DNA of 64,000 nucleotides from Nitrospirota bacterium (GTDB lineage: Bacteria; Nitrospirota; Thermodesulfovibrionia; Thermodesulfovibrionales; SM23-35), in contig JBFMDQ010000004.1 of the NCBI GenBank assembly GCA_040753955.1, forward strand, positions 5,889 through 69,888, read 5' to 3'. Shown piece by piece: positions 29,408-39,693 of this stretch. Under the pieces are notes generated by a model, which made no database searches, was not told where the DNA came from, and worked only from the letters and a program-made list of their open reading frames with translations. A program made the translations under genes and the position numbers. Within the stretch, counting starts at the first letter, position 1; each line of letters opens with the position of its first letter.

Positions 29408-30046
29408 TCACTTGATATACCCCTCTTCTTTTAAAGTTTTCATTAGACCCAAATCTTTTCTCTCCATCCTGAGAAATCTTGCAACATACTTTCCTATAAC
29501 ATCCACCTCGATATTCACAGTATCGCCAGGGCCTTTGAATCCCATCGTTGTGAGCCTTGCTGTATGTGGGATAATCACTACAGTAAAACTGCCTTTTAGT
29601 ATATTAACAACGGTGAGGCTTATTCCATCTACAGCAACTGAGCCTTTCTCAACAAGAAAACCAATGATTTCCGGAGGCGCCTCTATCTCTATCTTGAAGG
29701 CATCTCCTATATCTGTCCTTGACCTTATCCTGCCTATACCATCCACATGTCCTGAAACAAAATGCCCGCCGAGCTTTGAGTCAGGCCGAAGGGAAGGCTC
29801 AAGGTTAACACGGTCGCCAGGTCTCAGCTGACCAAGGTTTGTAGACCTCAGGGTCTCATCAGAAAGGTCGAATCTTACGGTGCCACCTTTTATATCAACT
29901 GCTGTAAGACATACACCATTGACCGAGATGCTGTCGCCTATCCTTGCATCTTTTATGATCTCTCTTGAATTCAGGGAAAGGTGGACAATACCCTTCTTCT
30001 CTATCGAAGTTACTTCCCCCATCTCTACAATAATACCAGTAAACAT
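29408..30046 (-). CDS. ribE: riboflavin synthase (alpha chain)
   Basis: MFTGIIVEMGEV N-terminus, duplicated lumazine-binding halves. Confidence 0.9.
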   Translation of the reverse strand: MFTGIIVEMGEVTSIEKKGIVHLSLNSREIIKDARIGDSISVNGVCLTAVDIKGGTVRFDLSDETLRSTNLGQLRPGDRVNLEPSLRPDSKLGGHFVSGHVDGIGRIRSRTDIGDAFKIEIEAPPEIIGFLVEKGSVAVDGISLTVVNILKGSFTVVIIPHTARLTTMGFKGPGDTVNIEVDVIGKYVARFLRMERKDLGLMKTLKEEGYIK

Positions 30047-30047
30047 C

Positions 30048-30368
30048 TTACCTCTCTGTGTCAATAGTAAACTTGAGGGTTTTTCGATATATACCGAGTA
30101 TATCTACTACCTCGAACCACGAAGTCCTAATCCTCATAATCCTACCAGTTCTGGAGACCTCTATATCTCCTTTACTTATGGGTATCTTCAACTCTTTTGC
30201 CCTTTCAAATACCTTGTCCCTGATCTCCTCCTTATTTTCGAGGGAAACCCTCGAAATTTCTTTTGCATCAGCCTTAAAGGCTAAATATCGGTAATAGGGC
30301 ATGCCGAATTTAATACCCGAATATGCAAGAAAGGCAAAAAGTAGGAGCCAAAAAATTGCCTTTTTCAT
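30048..30368 (-). CDS. small membrane-anchored hypothetical protein
   Basis: Single N-terminal TM (AIFWLLLFAFLAYSGI), 106 aa, overlaps the lepB stop by 4 nt. Confidence 0.4.
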   Translation of the reverse strand: MKKAIFWLLLFAFLAYSGIKFGMPYYRYLAFKADAKEISRVSLENKEEIRDKVFERAKELKIPISKGDIEVSRTGRIMRIRTSWFEVVDILGIYRKTLKFTIDTER

Positions 30369-30979
30369 TGTACTGACCTTCCTACTCTATTAAACCTGAG
30401 CCAATTTTTTTTGGAATCCCAGGACCAATAAATAATAAGGGCCTCACCCTTTATATCCTTTATATCAACGAATCCCCAGTATCTGCTATCATGACTCTGG
30501 TCTCGATTATCCCCCATAACAAAGACCTTATTCTTAGGCACGGTTATTGGCCCAAAATTGTCCCTCGGGTTACTCCCCTTTGGTATGATATAGCTATCAG
30601 AATGATGCGCATAGGGTTCTATAACTGCCTTTCTGTTCACAGAAACTGTTTTGTCCCTCGACTCTAGAATATCACCCTCGGTGGCGATAACCCTTTTTAT
30701 AAAATCCTTCTTAGGGTTCTCAGGGTATCTAAAAACTATTATATCTCCTCTTTCCGGCTCCTTGAATACCAGAAACCGCCTATCAGAAAAGGGAATCTTT
30801 GTTCCGTATATAAACTTATTGACGAGTATATGGTCACCAATAAGAAGTGTAGGAATCATTGAGCCAGAAGGAATCTTAAAGGCCTGTATGACATAGGCCC
30901 TTATAACGAGTGCAAGTAACAGGGCCGTGAGTATAGCCTCTGCGTACTCCCTTATAAGTCTTTTTCTGTCCTTTTTCAT
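30365..30979 (-). CDS. lepB: signal peptidase I
   Basis: PSGSMIPTL (catalytic Ser), GDHILVNK and GDNRDQSHDSRYWG boxes. Confidence 0.92.
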   Translation of the reverse strand: MKKDRKRLIREYAEAILTALLLALVIRAYVIQAFKIPSGSMIPTLLIGDHILVNKFIYGTKIPFSDRRFLVFKEPERGDIIVFRYPENPKKDFIKRVIATEGDILESRDKTVSVNRKAVIEPYAHHSDSYIIPKGSNPRDNFGPITVPKNKVFVMGDNRDQSHDSRYWGFVDIKDIKGEALIIYWSWDSKKNWLRFNRVGRSVQ

Positions 30980-31918
30980 TCAGAATATAACCTCGAAAGG
31001 GTCATTCTCAAAGACAAGCCCTGCAGAGCCAATAATCCCTGCATCTTCTCCAAGTAAAGAAGGGATTATCTCTACTGCACCAAAGAGTTCCTTAAAGGCC
31101 CTTTTAGATGCCTCCTTTATAGCCTCCTGGATATATATATCCCATGCCCCTGTAAGGCCACCCGCGAGGATTATTGCCTCAGGACTCATCACGTTAATAA
31201 TATTTGCAATTCCGATGCCGAGATACCTCCCAGCTTCCCTAAGTGTCTCCCTTGCGAGACTGTCTCCACCGAGAGCTGCTCTGTAGATATCCTCTGCCGT
31301 GAGTTTGTAAAAATTCCCACCACAGAGTTCCTTCAGTATACTCTCTCTGCCCTTTTCGAGAGCAGATACTAATTTTGATAGCATCGCCCTCGCAGATGCG
31401 TAGGATTCGAGACATCCATAATTACCACAGAAACATTTTTCACCATCTGCATTTATGGTCATGTGCCCTATCTCTGCAGCCACATTGAGAAGTTTTTTGT
31501 CCTGTATTATTCCACCTCCTATGCCCGTACCGAGGGTAAAAAGGACAAGGTTTGAGAATCCCTTTCCCGCACCAATCCATTTTTCTCCAAGTGCTGCGGC
31601 ATTTGCATCATTCTCAATGAACACGGGCACCCTGAATTTCTCTCTCATTTCATTTACAAGATTAATCCCTTCTACAGCAGGGAGGTTCGGAGAGATTACT
31701 ATCCTGCCGCCTTCCCTGTCGACAAGCCCTGCCACACCGAGACCGATTCCTGCAATCTCGTCAGAAAAAAGGCTGCCTGCTACCCTGAAAATAGAGTCAA
31801 GTATCTTCTCGGATGTCGGCTCCTTCATCTTCCTGATAATCTCACCATCCCTCGTGACCAATGCCACCCTCAGATTTGTGCCACCGAGATCGATACCTAT
31901 GGCATGTCTTTTATTCAT
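30980..31918 (-). CDS. glk: ROK-family glucokinase
   Basis: GIDLGGTNLRVA ATP-binding N-terminus and ROK zinc motif CFCGNYGCLE. Confidence 0.8.
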   Translation of the reverse strand: MNKRHAIGIDLGGTNLRVALVTRDGEIIRKMKEPTSEKILDSIFRVAGSLFSDEIAGIGLGVAGLVDREGGRIVISPNLPAVEGINLVNEMREKFRVPVFIENDANAAALGEKWIGAGKGFSNLVLFTLGTGIGGGIIQDKKLLNVAAEIGHMTINADGEKCFCGNYGCLESYASARAMLSKLVSALEKGRESILKELCGGNFYKLTAEDIYRAALGGDSLARETLREAGRYLGIGIANIINVMSPEAIILAGGLTGAWDIYIQEAIKEASKRAFKELFGAVEIIPSLLGEDAGIIGSAGLVFENDPFEVIF

Positions 31919-32131
31919 TTACTCTTCTTTATAGACCTCTATCACTATTTCAGGGCACATCTGTGCACATATAGCACAACCCGTGCATTTCTCCTGATGT
32001 TCAGGGTGTGCAGGGAAAAAGCCCTTTCCGTTGAATCTATCTGAAATAATTATAACCCCCAATGGGCATGCATCCACACAATAGGTACAGCCTTTACACA
32101 GCTCCTTATCTATTACAATCATACCTTTCAT
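31919..32131 (-). CDS. 2x[4Fe-4S] ferredoxin
   Basis: Two CxxCxxCxxxCP clusters (CKGCTYCVDACP, CTGCAICAQMCP), 70 aa. Confidence 0.8.
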   Translation of the reverse strand: MKGMIVIDKELCKGCTYCVDACPLGVIIISDRFNGKGFFPAHPEHQEKCTGCAICAQMCPEIVIEVYKEE

Positions 32132-33780
32132 ACAGCACTTCCGAGTAATTCCTGCGCATGCTTTAAGGAGACCTCTGTAATCTTACCACTCAGCATGCGT
32201 GCTACCTCATCCAGTCTTTCCCTACCTGTAAGCTCTTCTACCTCAACATATACCCTTTCATCTCTCTGTCTCTTATCAATTTTTAGATGGAAATCTCCGA
32301 GAGAGGCAATCTGTGGTAGGTGGGTCGTGCAGAGCACCTGGTGCTTATTGGATATTGCCTTTAGTTTATTTCCTACAACCTCTGCAGTCCTTCCTCCAAT
32401 TCCTGCGTCAACCTCATCAAAAATGAGAATGGGTATATTGTCAACATCTGCAAGGACGCCCTTTAGAGCAAGCATAACTCTCGAGAGCTCACCGCCTGAT
32501 GCGATCTTTATAAGTGGCTTTGGAGGCTCTCCAGGGTTTGCAGAAAACATAAACTCAACCCTATCGAGGCCGTTAGATGTGATAGAATCCTGCCTTATAT
32601 CTATTCTGAATTCCGCTTTACTGAAGGCAAGCTCTTCCAGTTCCTTTTCGACAAGCTCCTCTATCCCTTTAGCAACCTTCCTCCTTTTTTCAGAAAGGGA
32701 AAGGGCAGCCTTTAGAAGCATATCTTCTTTCACATTGAGCTCAGCCTCTATAGAGTCGAGCCTTTTATCTGAGAGCTCAAGTCCCTTAAGTTCTTTCTCT
32801 GTCTCATCCCGGTATCTGAGGATAGTTTCGATACCTTCGCCATATTTCCTTTCGAGTCTCTTGACTAATTCGAGCCTCTCTTCGATTTCAGCAAGCCTTT
32901 CAGGTTCAAGGTCATATTTGTCCCTAAATCCTCTAAGGGAGATAGCTGCATCCTCAAGGAAGGGAAGTGCTGACTCAAGTAAATTCAGGGTCCCAGATAC
33001 GCTCTGGTCTATAGAGGACATCTCCCTCACCTTAGCTATTACAGAAGAAAGCCTTTCCGCACAAGAGCCCTCAGAGCCATAGAGTATTGAATAGGCCATC
33101 TCTATTAATTCCTTTAACCTGCTCAGGTTTGATAGAATCGTCCTCTCTTCAGTGAGTGTCTCTTTCTCGCCATGCCTCAGAGAGGCTGCATCTATTTCAT
33201 TAATTTGAAACCTGAGAAGGTCAAGCCTGTGTGCCCTCTCTTTCACCTTTTGTTTTAAATCATCCTTTTCCCTTCTGAGTGCCTGAACCACGCTATAAAG
33301 GGATTCTACAGTTTCTCTGTCATCACGGAGTTTGCCGTATGAGTCAAGAAGGTCTCTATGTTTCTCAATTGAGGTAAGGCTCTGATGTTCGTGCTGTCCA
33401 TGTATATCAACAAGGTATCTTCCGACCTCTACAAGGCTCTGCAGGTTTACCATCGTGTCATTTATGTATGCCCGGCTTTTGCCTCCAGGAAAAATAGACC
33501 TCCTTAGGATAAGGCCATCGGATATACCAATGCCAAGATCAGGGATATTGTCCCCTTCTACTTCAAAATATGCCTGAACAGCTGCCTCCTTTTCACCTGA
33601 TCTGACTAAATCTGACTGTGCCCTACTGCCCAGGGCAAGACTAAGGGCATCCACGATTATTGACTTCCCGGCGCCTGTCTCACCTGTGAGTACATTGAGT
33701 CCATTCTCGAATCTCACTGTAAGGTCATCAATGATAACAAGATTTTTGATTCTTAGTTCTTTTAGTTTCAATTTTGTCAA
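32128..33780 (-). CDS. recN: DNA repair protein RecN
   Basis: Walker A GETGAGKS, long coiled coil, C-terminal SGGELSRVMLALK / LIFDEVDAGIGG. Confidence 0.92.
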   Translation of the reverse strand: MTKLKLKELRIKNLVIIDDLTVRFENGLNVLTGETGAGKSIIVDALSLALGSRAQSDLVRSGEKEAAVQAYFEVEGDNIPDLGIGISDGLILRRSIFPGGKSRAYINDTMVNLQSLVEVGRYLVDIHGQHEHQSLTSIEKHRDLLDSYGKLRDDRETVESLYSVVQALRREKDDLKQKVKERAHRLDLLRFQINEIDAASLRHGEKETLTEERTILSNLSRLKELIEMAYSILYGSEGSCAERLSSVIAKVREMSSIDQSVSGTLNLLESALPFLEDAAISLRGFRDKYDLEPERLAEIEERLELVKRLERKYGEGIETILRYRDETEKELKGLELSDKRLDSIEAELNVKEDMLLKAALSLSEKRRKVAKGIEELVEKELEELAFSKAEFRIDIRQDSITSNGLDRVEFMFSANPGEPPKPLIKIASGGELSRVMLALKGVLADVDNIPILIFDEVDAGIGGRTAEVVGNKLKAISNKHQVLCTTHLPQIASLGDFHLKIDKRQRDERVYVEVEELTGRERLDEVARMLSGKITEVSLKHAQELLGSAV

Positions 33781-33784
33781 AGGT

Positions 33785-34063
33785 CTAATATTTTACGGTG
33801 AATCCTTTCAGGTCACCCCTGGGTTGTTCCCATTTCACCTCTATATTTGTAACCCTTGCGCCAGGCGGGCCGATATAGCACTCTCTAATAGCCCACTCTA
33901 TAACCCCTTTCGTGCCCTCAAATACAGCTTCAACCCTGCCATCGCGGAGGTTTCTTACCCAGCCTTTCAGACCGAAGGTATATGCAATATCCCTGGCAAA
34001 GGCCCTATAAAAGACCCCCTGTACCCTTCCCTCGACGAATAAATGAGCTCTTGCCTCATCCAT
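33785..34063 (-). CDS. acyP: acylphosphatase
   Basis: VEGRVQGVFYR and GWVRNLRDGRVE signatures, 92 aa. Confidence 0.85.
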   Translation of the reverse strand: MDEARAHLFVEGRVQGVFYRAFARDIAYTFGLKGWVRNLRDGRVEAVFEGTKGVIEWAIRECYIGPPGARVTNIEVKWEQPRGDLKGFTVKY

Positions 34064-34180
34064 ATTTTCAAATTATATCATACCGACTGAGTGGAAGGAA
34101 TATTTAAAAGTTGGGATAATATCTAAAATTTAAACTTCTAAAAGTTATTTCGGAACAGAAGGCAAAAGGATCTGCTTCAT

Positions 34181-34215
34181 ATTATAAAAGAAAGAGGCCG
34201 CCCTTCGGGCGGCCT
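34181..34215 (-). terminator. rho-independent terminator downstream of the porin gene
   Basis: Hairpin AGGCCGCCC-TTCG-GGGCGGCCT (34195-34215), followed on the - strand by CTCTTTCTTTTAT. Confidence 0.6.
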
Positions 34216-34275
34216 TAATATTTTTAGTACAGATTAAGAATTGGACAAAAGTCAGAGTTAAGAACGCTCTATCCC

Positions 34276-35895
34276 TTAAAACGAGAGATTGACCTCAAAG
34301 TATGGCCACCAATCATGCTGAAACTTCGAGCTCCCTAATATGGAAAGATCGGTACCTGCTATTTTAGACTCATGCTTTGTGTATATGAAGTCCATTAAGC
34401 CCAGACGGAAGCGCACATTGGGACGAAAATAGTAGTCATAGTAGGCATCCCATACCCCGGCATTAAATGGATAAAAACCTGCAATGTTGCTACCGCCACC
34501 ATAAAATTCATTTGCAGCGGGTTGCAGTACCGTACCTTTCCTCCTATAACCACGGTAATTGAAGGGATTGATCCATGCATCGCTTCCCTTAGCATATTCA
34601 ACACATAGCTGGTGATTCCGCCCGATTATATCTCCTGTGTTAAACCCTAAATACCAGATATGTCCGGGAAAACCATCTCCTTCAAATGTTCTGCTGCCGT
34701 ACGTATGTTCCGGTACTTTGAAATGGCTATAATAATGAGCTCCGTATACCTGAAATCCTGTAAGCTGTGTATCTACATAAAAGCCGGTCAAATAATAAGG
34801 AGTTTTAATATTCAAGTTAGACACAGCAGTTACGCCACTGGTGTTAGGCATATGCCAGTCATCCATATAAAGACCGTCCAGAATGATAGCTGTATCCTTG
34901 CCTATCTTCACCTCTGCCTGTGCCAGATATACGTCAGCATCTTCCGGCAGCGAAATCTTCCTTTCATCATATTTTAAGTATCCCAATATAATACCGCTTC
35001 TTTCTTTGACCTTCCTTTCGTAGCCCTCGAGCGTAACAAATCTCCTTACCTCCCCTTCAGGTTTACCAGCAGCGGCCGTGCTTGTCGATCCTCCACCCCA
35101 TAGTTTCTTTGTCCACGGGAGTTCTATGTCATCGAGCGCTGTCTTAGGTGCATCCCATTTGATTAATGTACCATCAATCTCGGAGTCTATAAAGAGTCTC
35201 GGGAAGAGGCTCCTTGCCTGACGTGATGGAGGACCATCCAGCCCTGGAAGGCGTCCAACATACCAGGTGATATCATAGGGTAGCTTGAATGTTGCATAGG
35301 CCTGTTCAAATCGTGCATTGATGTCATGTCCGATGCTTGCTTCAAAAGAATTTGGTTTATTAAATGGATCAGTGGCAGTAGTATCATAAGCACCCCAACG
35401 TTTGTTTATAGTCAGACGTGTATAGAAATCCACAATATCGGGCACAACTTCGGCATGCCCGTTCAACCTGATTCGTACAGGGAAAGAAGTTTCGTCTTTT
35501 TGTTCGAAACTCTCCGTAGGTTTTCCAATACCATAAAAACCTGACTCAGTTCTGGCTGTCTCACTCATAATACGAAACCGTGCTTCACCGCTTAGTTCGA
35601 CACGGTCCTTTAGTGACCTTTTTTCGGCCTTTTCTGCCTTTTTCTCGACCTCAGCAACCTTCTTCTCAGCCTCTCCTGCCTTTTTCTCAACCTCTATTGC
35701 CTTTTTTTCAGCCTCTTTTGCCTTCATCTCGGTCTCAGTCTGCCTTTTTTCTAAATCTTCGATTTTCTTTAGAAGCTTCCGTACCTCTCCTTTAAGCTGT
35801 TCTATCTCTTCTGACGGGTCAGCAGCTAAAACAGGCATAACCCATACCCAAAAAAGGAAAATCGCAGCAAAAAAAGAACATATTACCTTTTTCAT
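34276..35895 (-). CDS. putative outer-membrane beta-barrel (porin-like) protein with N-terminal coiled coil
   Basis: Signal peptide, then about 70 aa of EKKA-type heptad repeats (EAEKKAIEVEKKAGEAEKKVAEVEKKAEKAEK), then an aromatic/Gly-rich alternating region ending in a terminal ..NLSF (C-terminal Phe typical of OMPs). Confidence 0.5.
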   Translation of the reverse strand: MKKVICSFFAAIFLFWVWVMPVLAADPSEEIEQLKGEVRKLLKKIEDLEKRQTETEMKAKEAEKKAIEVEKKAGEAEKKVAEVEKKAEKAEKRSLKDRVELSGEARFRIMSETARTESGFYGIGKPTESFEQKDETSFPVRIRLNGHAEVVPDIVDFYTRLTINKRWGAYDTTATDPFNKPNSFEASIGHDINARFEQAYATFKLPYDITWYVGRLPGLDGPPSRQARSLFPRLFIDSEIDGTLIKWDAPKTALDDIELPWTKKLWGGGSTSTAAAGKPEGEVRRFVTLEGYERKVKERSGIILGYLKYDERKISLPEDADVYLAQAEVKIGKDTAIILDGLYMDDWHMPNTSGVTAVSNLNIKTPYYLTGFYVDTQLTGFQVYGAHYYSHFKVPEHTYGSRTFEGDGFPGHIWYLGFNTGDIIGRNHQLCVEYAKGSDAWINPFNYRGYRRKGTVLQPAANEFYGGGSNIAGFYPFNAGVWDAYYDYYFRPNVRFRLGLMDFIYTKHESKIAGTDLSILGSSKFQHDWWPYFEVNLSF

Positions 35896-36039
35896 AAAAA
35901 CCCCCTTTAGAAATTAAAAATAGGTCTTTATAGCGGTCTTAAAATAAGTCATCTCATTTTAAAAATCAACCTTTTTAATTGTTGTGAATGAATAATAAAG
36001 TATATTTCTGCATCCAAAATATCCTGAAACATGCAAAAG

Positions 36040-36075
36040 AGTTTACAAAAAGAAAGCCGCCCTTCGGGCGGCTTT
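36040..36075 (-). terminator. rho-independent terminator downstream of usp
   Basis: Hairpin AAAGCCGCCC-TTCG-GGGCGGCTTT (36053-36075), followed on the - strand by CTTTTTGT. It shares the 17-nt core GCCGCCCTTCGGGCGGC with the terminator at 34195-34215. Confidence 0.6.
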
Positions 36076-36102
36076 CGATATTTTAGTATTAAAAACTTTC
36101 TT

Positions 36103-36951
36103 TTATGGTTTTCTCACGACCAGAATAGGACACCCTGCATGTCCTATCACCCTTTCTGTTACGCTTCCCATAAAGAGTCTTTCAAGCCCTGTTCTTCCAT
36201 GGCTTCCAACAACTATGAGACCTGCATTCTTCTGATCTGCTGTCTTGACTATGACCTCATATGGCTCACCTTTTAGGGCCAGGGCCTCCACCTTTACGCC
36301 TTCCCTTTCTGCAACCTTTCTTACTATATCAACACTTTCTTTTGCCACTGGTAAGTTTTCGTCCTTTTTTGCAACGGAAAGGACGATCAGATTACTTCCA
36401 CAGCGCTTTGCTAAACTGATAGCCTCACGTGTCGCAGCCTCACTGTATTTTGAACCATCAGTAGCTATGAGGATACTTTCGCAGGGACATCTAAGTTCGG
36501 CAGCCCTCGGGACGACCAATACCTTGCATGGTGCATAGCCTATGACCTTTGCGGTCACGCTTCCCATCATAACCCTTTTAAGACCTGTCCTTCCCCTCCT
36601 TCCCATGATTATCATTTCAACTTTGTTTTTAGCTGCCTCATCAACAATATATTGATATGGTTCTTCTCCCTCATGTACAATAATCTCGCAGTCAACGCCC
36701 TCCTTTGATGCCTTTGATTTAACAGATTCGAGATGCTGCCTCGTCTCTTTTTCCATCTTTTCGACAAGCCCAGGTGCAAGGGCCTCAAACTCGGGATTTA
36801 CCTCTACAACGGATATCGCATAGAGTTTACTCCCACAGGTCTTTGCTAAATTAATAGATTCTCTTACCGCACCCTCGCTGAGTTCAGAACCATCTGTGGA
36901 TAAAAGTAACTTTTCAAGTCTTGCTACAGGACATGCCTGATATGCGCTCAT
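36103..36951 (-). CDS. tandem-domain universal stress protein
   Basis: Two UspA-like halves, each ending in G(S/R)(H/R)GRTGL(K/E)R..MGSVT..V. Confidence 0.85.
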   Translation of the reverse strand: MSAYQACPVARLEKLLLSTDGSELSEGAVRESINLAKTCGSKLYAISVVEVNPEFEALAPGLVEKMEKETRQHLESVKSKASKEGVDCEIIVHEGEEPYQYIVDEAAKNKVEMIIMGRRGRTGLKRVMMGSVTAKVIGYAPCKVLVVPRAAELRCPCESILIATDGSKYSEAATREAISLAKRCGSNLIVLSVAKKDENLPVAKESVDIVRKVAEREGVKVEALALKGEPYEVIVKTADQKNAGLIVVGSHGRTGLERLFMGSVTERVIGHAGCPILVVRKP

Positions 36952-36952
36952 A

Positions 36953-37375
36953 TTAGTGCCCTCCTGACTTTAAGATTCCACTTGCTGCAAGGACCAATAC
37001 TGCAACCTCTAATATTGCTATAATTGTATAAGAAGTATCTTTCTTTTTCATGAATATTGGCAATATTACCAGGTAGCACAGAATCGTAAGCCCTGCAAGG
37101 AGCGCTATCCCCACGAAATTAAGATAATCCCCTTTACCCACCATCGCCAACCAATCCCATCCTGTTGGGGCCTGCAAGTTATGTATGAAATCTCCCGACT
37201 TCATAGTCCAGTATTTAGGGATCTCCTGAGGGGAGATAAAAGGCGGTATTATCCCCAGGGCATACACGATGAAGGTCACCGTTATGATCGCAAGCCCTAT
37301 GTACATTCCAATATTTAAGATATTTGCATATGCTATCTGTTCTCCTGCTGCCTTTGTTCTTTTTTCTTCTGCCAT
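36953..37375 (-). CDS. small membrane protein (DUF1634-like), TauE partner
   Basis: 140 aa, 3-4 TM segments, immediately downstream of a TauE/SafE permease, the usual DUF1634 context. Family assignment is from memory of the context, not from a motif. Confidence 0.5.
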   Translation of the reverse strand: MAEEKRTKAAGEQIAYANILNIGMYIGLAIITVTFIVYALGIIPPFISPQEIPKYWTMKSGDFIHNLQAPTGWDWLAMVGKGDYLNFVGIALLAGLTILCYLVILPIFMKKKDTSYTIIAILEVAVLVLAASGILKSGGH

Positions 37376-37384
37376 ACTACCCTC

Positions 37385-38356
37385 CTATTTCCATATTCCA
37401 AGCCCTTTAAGTAGGGCCCTGAGTCCTGCAAATAATAGAAGTCCTATGACTATCCACCTGACTGCCTTTGGCTTTGCCACGGCAAGTATCCTCACACCAG
37501 CGATAGAGCCAAGCATAATCCCGATGACTGATGGGACAACTATCATTGGAAGCACTGCGCCTGAATTGAGATAAATCCATGCGGCAGATGTATCGGTTAT
37601 GGAGAGTAAAAACTTGCTTGTTGCAACAGATATCTTAAGTGGAGCACCCATCAAAAGATTCAAGACCGGGACATTTGCCCACCCGGCACCGAGCCCAAAC
37701 ATTCCTGCCATTATGCCAATAACTATAAATAGAACTAACCCTGGAACTGTTCGGTGTATCTGCCAATCAATATCTTTCCCGAGGGATTCTTCCCTGTAGA
37801 TCCCCATTATACCGAGGGTCTGGGACAAACCATCTGCTCTTGGGACATCTGGGAATTCAGATTTTTTTGCCGTTGCCATGATAACCACAATACCTAAAAT
37901 GGTTGCACCAAGGAGGGTCTGAACTATATGGGCAGGAAGTGCAAGGCCAATCATCGCTCCGATTATAGCAGCAGATGATGCAATAAGTGCAACTGGCAGG
38001 GCAAGACGGAGACTGGCGAGGTTTCTCTTGAGAAGTCCTGGTCCTGCCGCAAGGGCACCAGAGAGGGCCACTACAAGACCAGCACCTCTAACAAAGTCAA
38101 TGTGAAAGGGGAAAAAACCACTGACAAGTGGGACGAACAAGACGCCACCTCCTACACCACCGAGAACAGCCAAGATACCCAAAATAAATGTGAAGACTAA
38201 TAGTATAATCGGCCATACCCACCACTGCATCTGTGAGCCTGAGGTTGCCTCTGGCACTGCTGACGGTTCAGTAGTCGCAAATACAGTACCTGCTACTAAA
38301 ATTAATGTCAGAAATAACAAGCCTATAAATATAAATCTTGATAATCGCTTTTCCAT
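37385..38356 (-). CDS. TauE/SafE-family anion (sulfite-type) exporter
   Basis: Polytopic membrane protein with the duplicated GGGVLFVPL / GLGAGWANVPVL glycine-rich motifs typical of TauE/SafE. Confidence 0.75.
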   Translation of the reverse strand: MEKRLSRFIFIGLLFLTLILVAGTVFATTEPSAVPEATSGSQMQWWVWPIILLVFTFILGILAVLGGVGGGVLFVPLVSGFFPFHIDFVRGAGLVVALSGALAAGPGLLKRNLASLRLALPVALIASSAAIIGAMIGLALPAHIVQTLLGATILGIVVIMATAKKSEFPDVPRADGLSQTLGIMGIYREESLGKDIDWQIHRTVPGLVLFIVIGIMAGMFGLGAGWANVPVLNLLMGAPLKISVATSKFLLSITDTSAAWIYLNSGAVLPMIVVPSVIGIMLGSIAGVRILAVAKPKAVRWIVIGLLLFAGLRALLKGLGIWK

Positions 38357-38582
38357 ATTCTCCTTTTTGTCCTCCTTATCTATATTTTTTACCCCTCCAA
38401 TATAGGTTTACCTGATATCCTCAAATGCTCAAATGTATGTTTCGGTTTGCAACATATTGGATGTATTTCGAAATGTGACTTGCTTAAGGATTATAATTTA
38501 TCTAAATCGTAATTTTCCAGTCAATTAAATAACACTCATAAACTTATTAAATATTCTGATAACTTAAATTTTAATAGTCCTC

Positions 38583-39464
38583 TTATTCAGCTGTTACAAT
38601 CGTTAAGAAACCTATGAACATCAGCATTGCTCCGGAAAGCCTATCCCTTATATTTTCTTCTTTAAAAAATAAAAAACCATATAGAACCCCGATAATAAGG
38701 CTCATCCTTTTTATGGATATTACATAGGCTACCTTTGCAAGGCTTATTGCAACCATATGGGATACCACCATAAGAGAGTAAAAAATACCTGGCAGAAGAA
38801 GTGCATGGGGGAGACGTTGTCTCCCCCATGAGCCCCCTAAATCTTTCCCCCCCTTATACAACGCGATGGGTGTAAAGAGGAGAGTTAATACTGTGAAGTA
38901 AGTAATCCCGAAAAACAGGGGTGAAGAATGCTCTATAGCCATCTTGCCGAGTGATGAAGTGATACTGTAAATCAGTGCAACACCTATCATCAAGATCGAG
39001 CCTCTCTCTTTTATTATTGCCCTGATGGGCTCAAATAACCCCTCCCTAATTTTGCCAATATTCAATGTATAGCTTCCTGATGCAATTAAAAGGATACCTA
39101 CACTACCCCGCAAAGAGACTCTCTCACCGAGTATGATATAAGAGACAAAGATAAGGAATACAGGAGTAAGAGCAAGGAAAGGAAGGGTAAGACTTAACGG
39201 CGAAAGCTTCAGGGCCTTTATATATAAAACTATCGATAATATCTCCAGTGGCAGAGAAAGTAAAAAGGCAGTATAAAAAGCCCTATCAAGCTCAGGCACA
39301 GGTATAAATAAAAAGATGACGAACAACAGGGGCAGTGAAAAGATAAGCCTTAGCCATGCAACTATATACTCATTACTGGAGGTAAGGGCCTTCTTGGTAA
39401 GGGCATCGCTTGTTGCAAGTGTAAAGGCAGATATTAATGAAAGTAGTACCCATGAATAATCCAT
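38583..39464 (-). CDS. EamA/DMT-family transporter
   Basis: 10-TM profile, two EamA-like halves, 293 aa. Confidence 0.75.
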   Translation of the reverse strand: MDYSWVLLSLISAFTLATSDALTKKALTSSNEYIVAWLRLIFSLPLLFVIFLFIPVPELDRAFYTAFLLSLPLEILSIVLYIKALKLSPLSLTLPFLALTPVFLIFVSYIILGERVSLRGSVGILLIASGSYTLNIGKIREGLFEPIRAIIKERGSILMIGVALIYSITSSLGKMAIEHSSPLFFGITYFTVLTLLFTPIALYKGGKDLGGSWGRQRLPHALLLPGIFYSLMVVSHMVAISLAKVAYVISIKRMSLIIGVLYGFLFFKEENIRDRLSGAMLMFIGFLTIVTAE

Positions 39465-39518
39465 AATATAGACTGCATCTATACGATGAAGTTGTCAAGA
39501 AACAAAAAACCATATATT

Positions 39519-39685
39519 CGAATAACCAATGACCAAATTCCAATAACCAAATAGAATTATCAATGCAAAATTATCAGTGAACATTTAATCTGATAATTGC
39601 TTATTGATAATTTTGACTTGAATTTTTGGTGATTGGTTATTGAAATTTATTTGATGCTTGGAATTTGGTTATTTGGGGTTTGGTT
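39519..39685. repeat. ~165-bp imperfect palindrome of the CCAATAACC family (upstream of the 841-aa gene)
   Basis: Left arm CGAATAACCAATGACCAAATTCCAATAACCAAATAG. Right arm GGTGATTGGTTATTGAAATTTATTTGATGCTTGGAATTTGGTTATTTGG. Nested inner inverted repeats AATTATCAA/TTGATAATT. Confidence 0.7.
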
Positions 39686-39693
39686 TATAACAT

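Noticed and set aside
32195-33082. Long antisense ORFs opposite well-supported genes: 295 aa opposite recN; 260 aa at 62138-62920 opposite tig; 179 aa at 46418-46957 opposite dapB; 172-174 aa at 50097-50615 and 51471-51995; 167 aa at 52695-53198.
   Set aside because: Their composition is low-complexity and Ser/Leu/Ile-rich, with no recognisable motifs. They lie fully inside genes with strong family signatures on the other strand. This is the typical stop-poor shadow frame.
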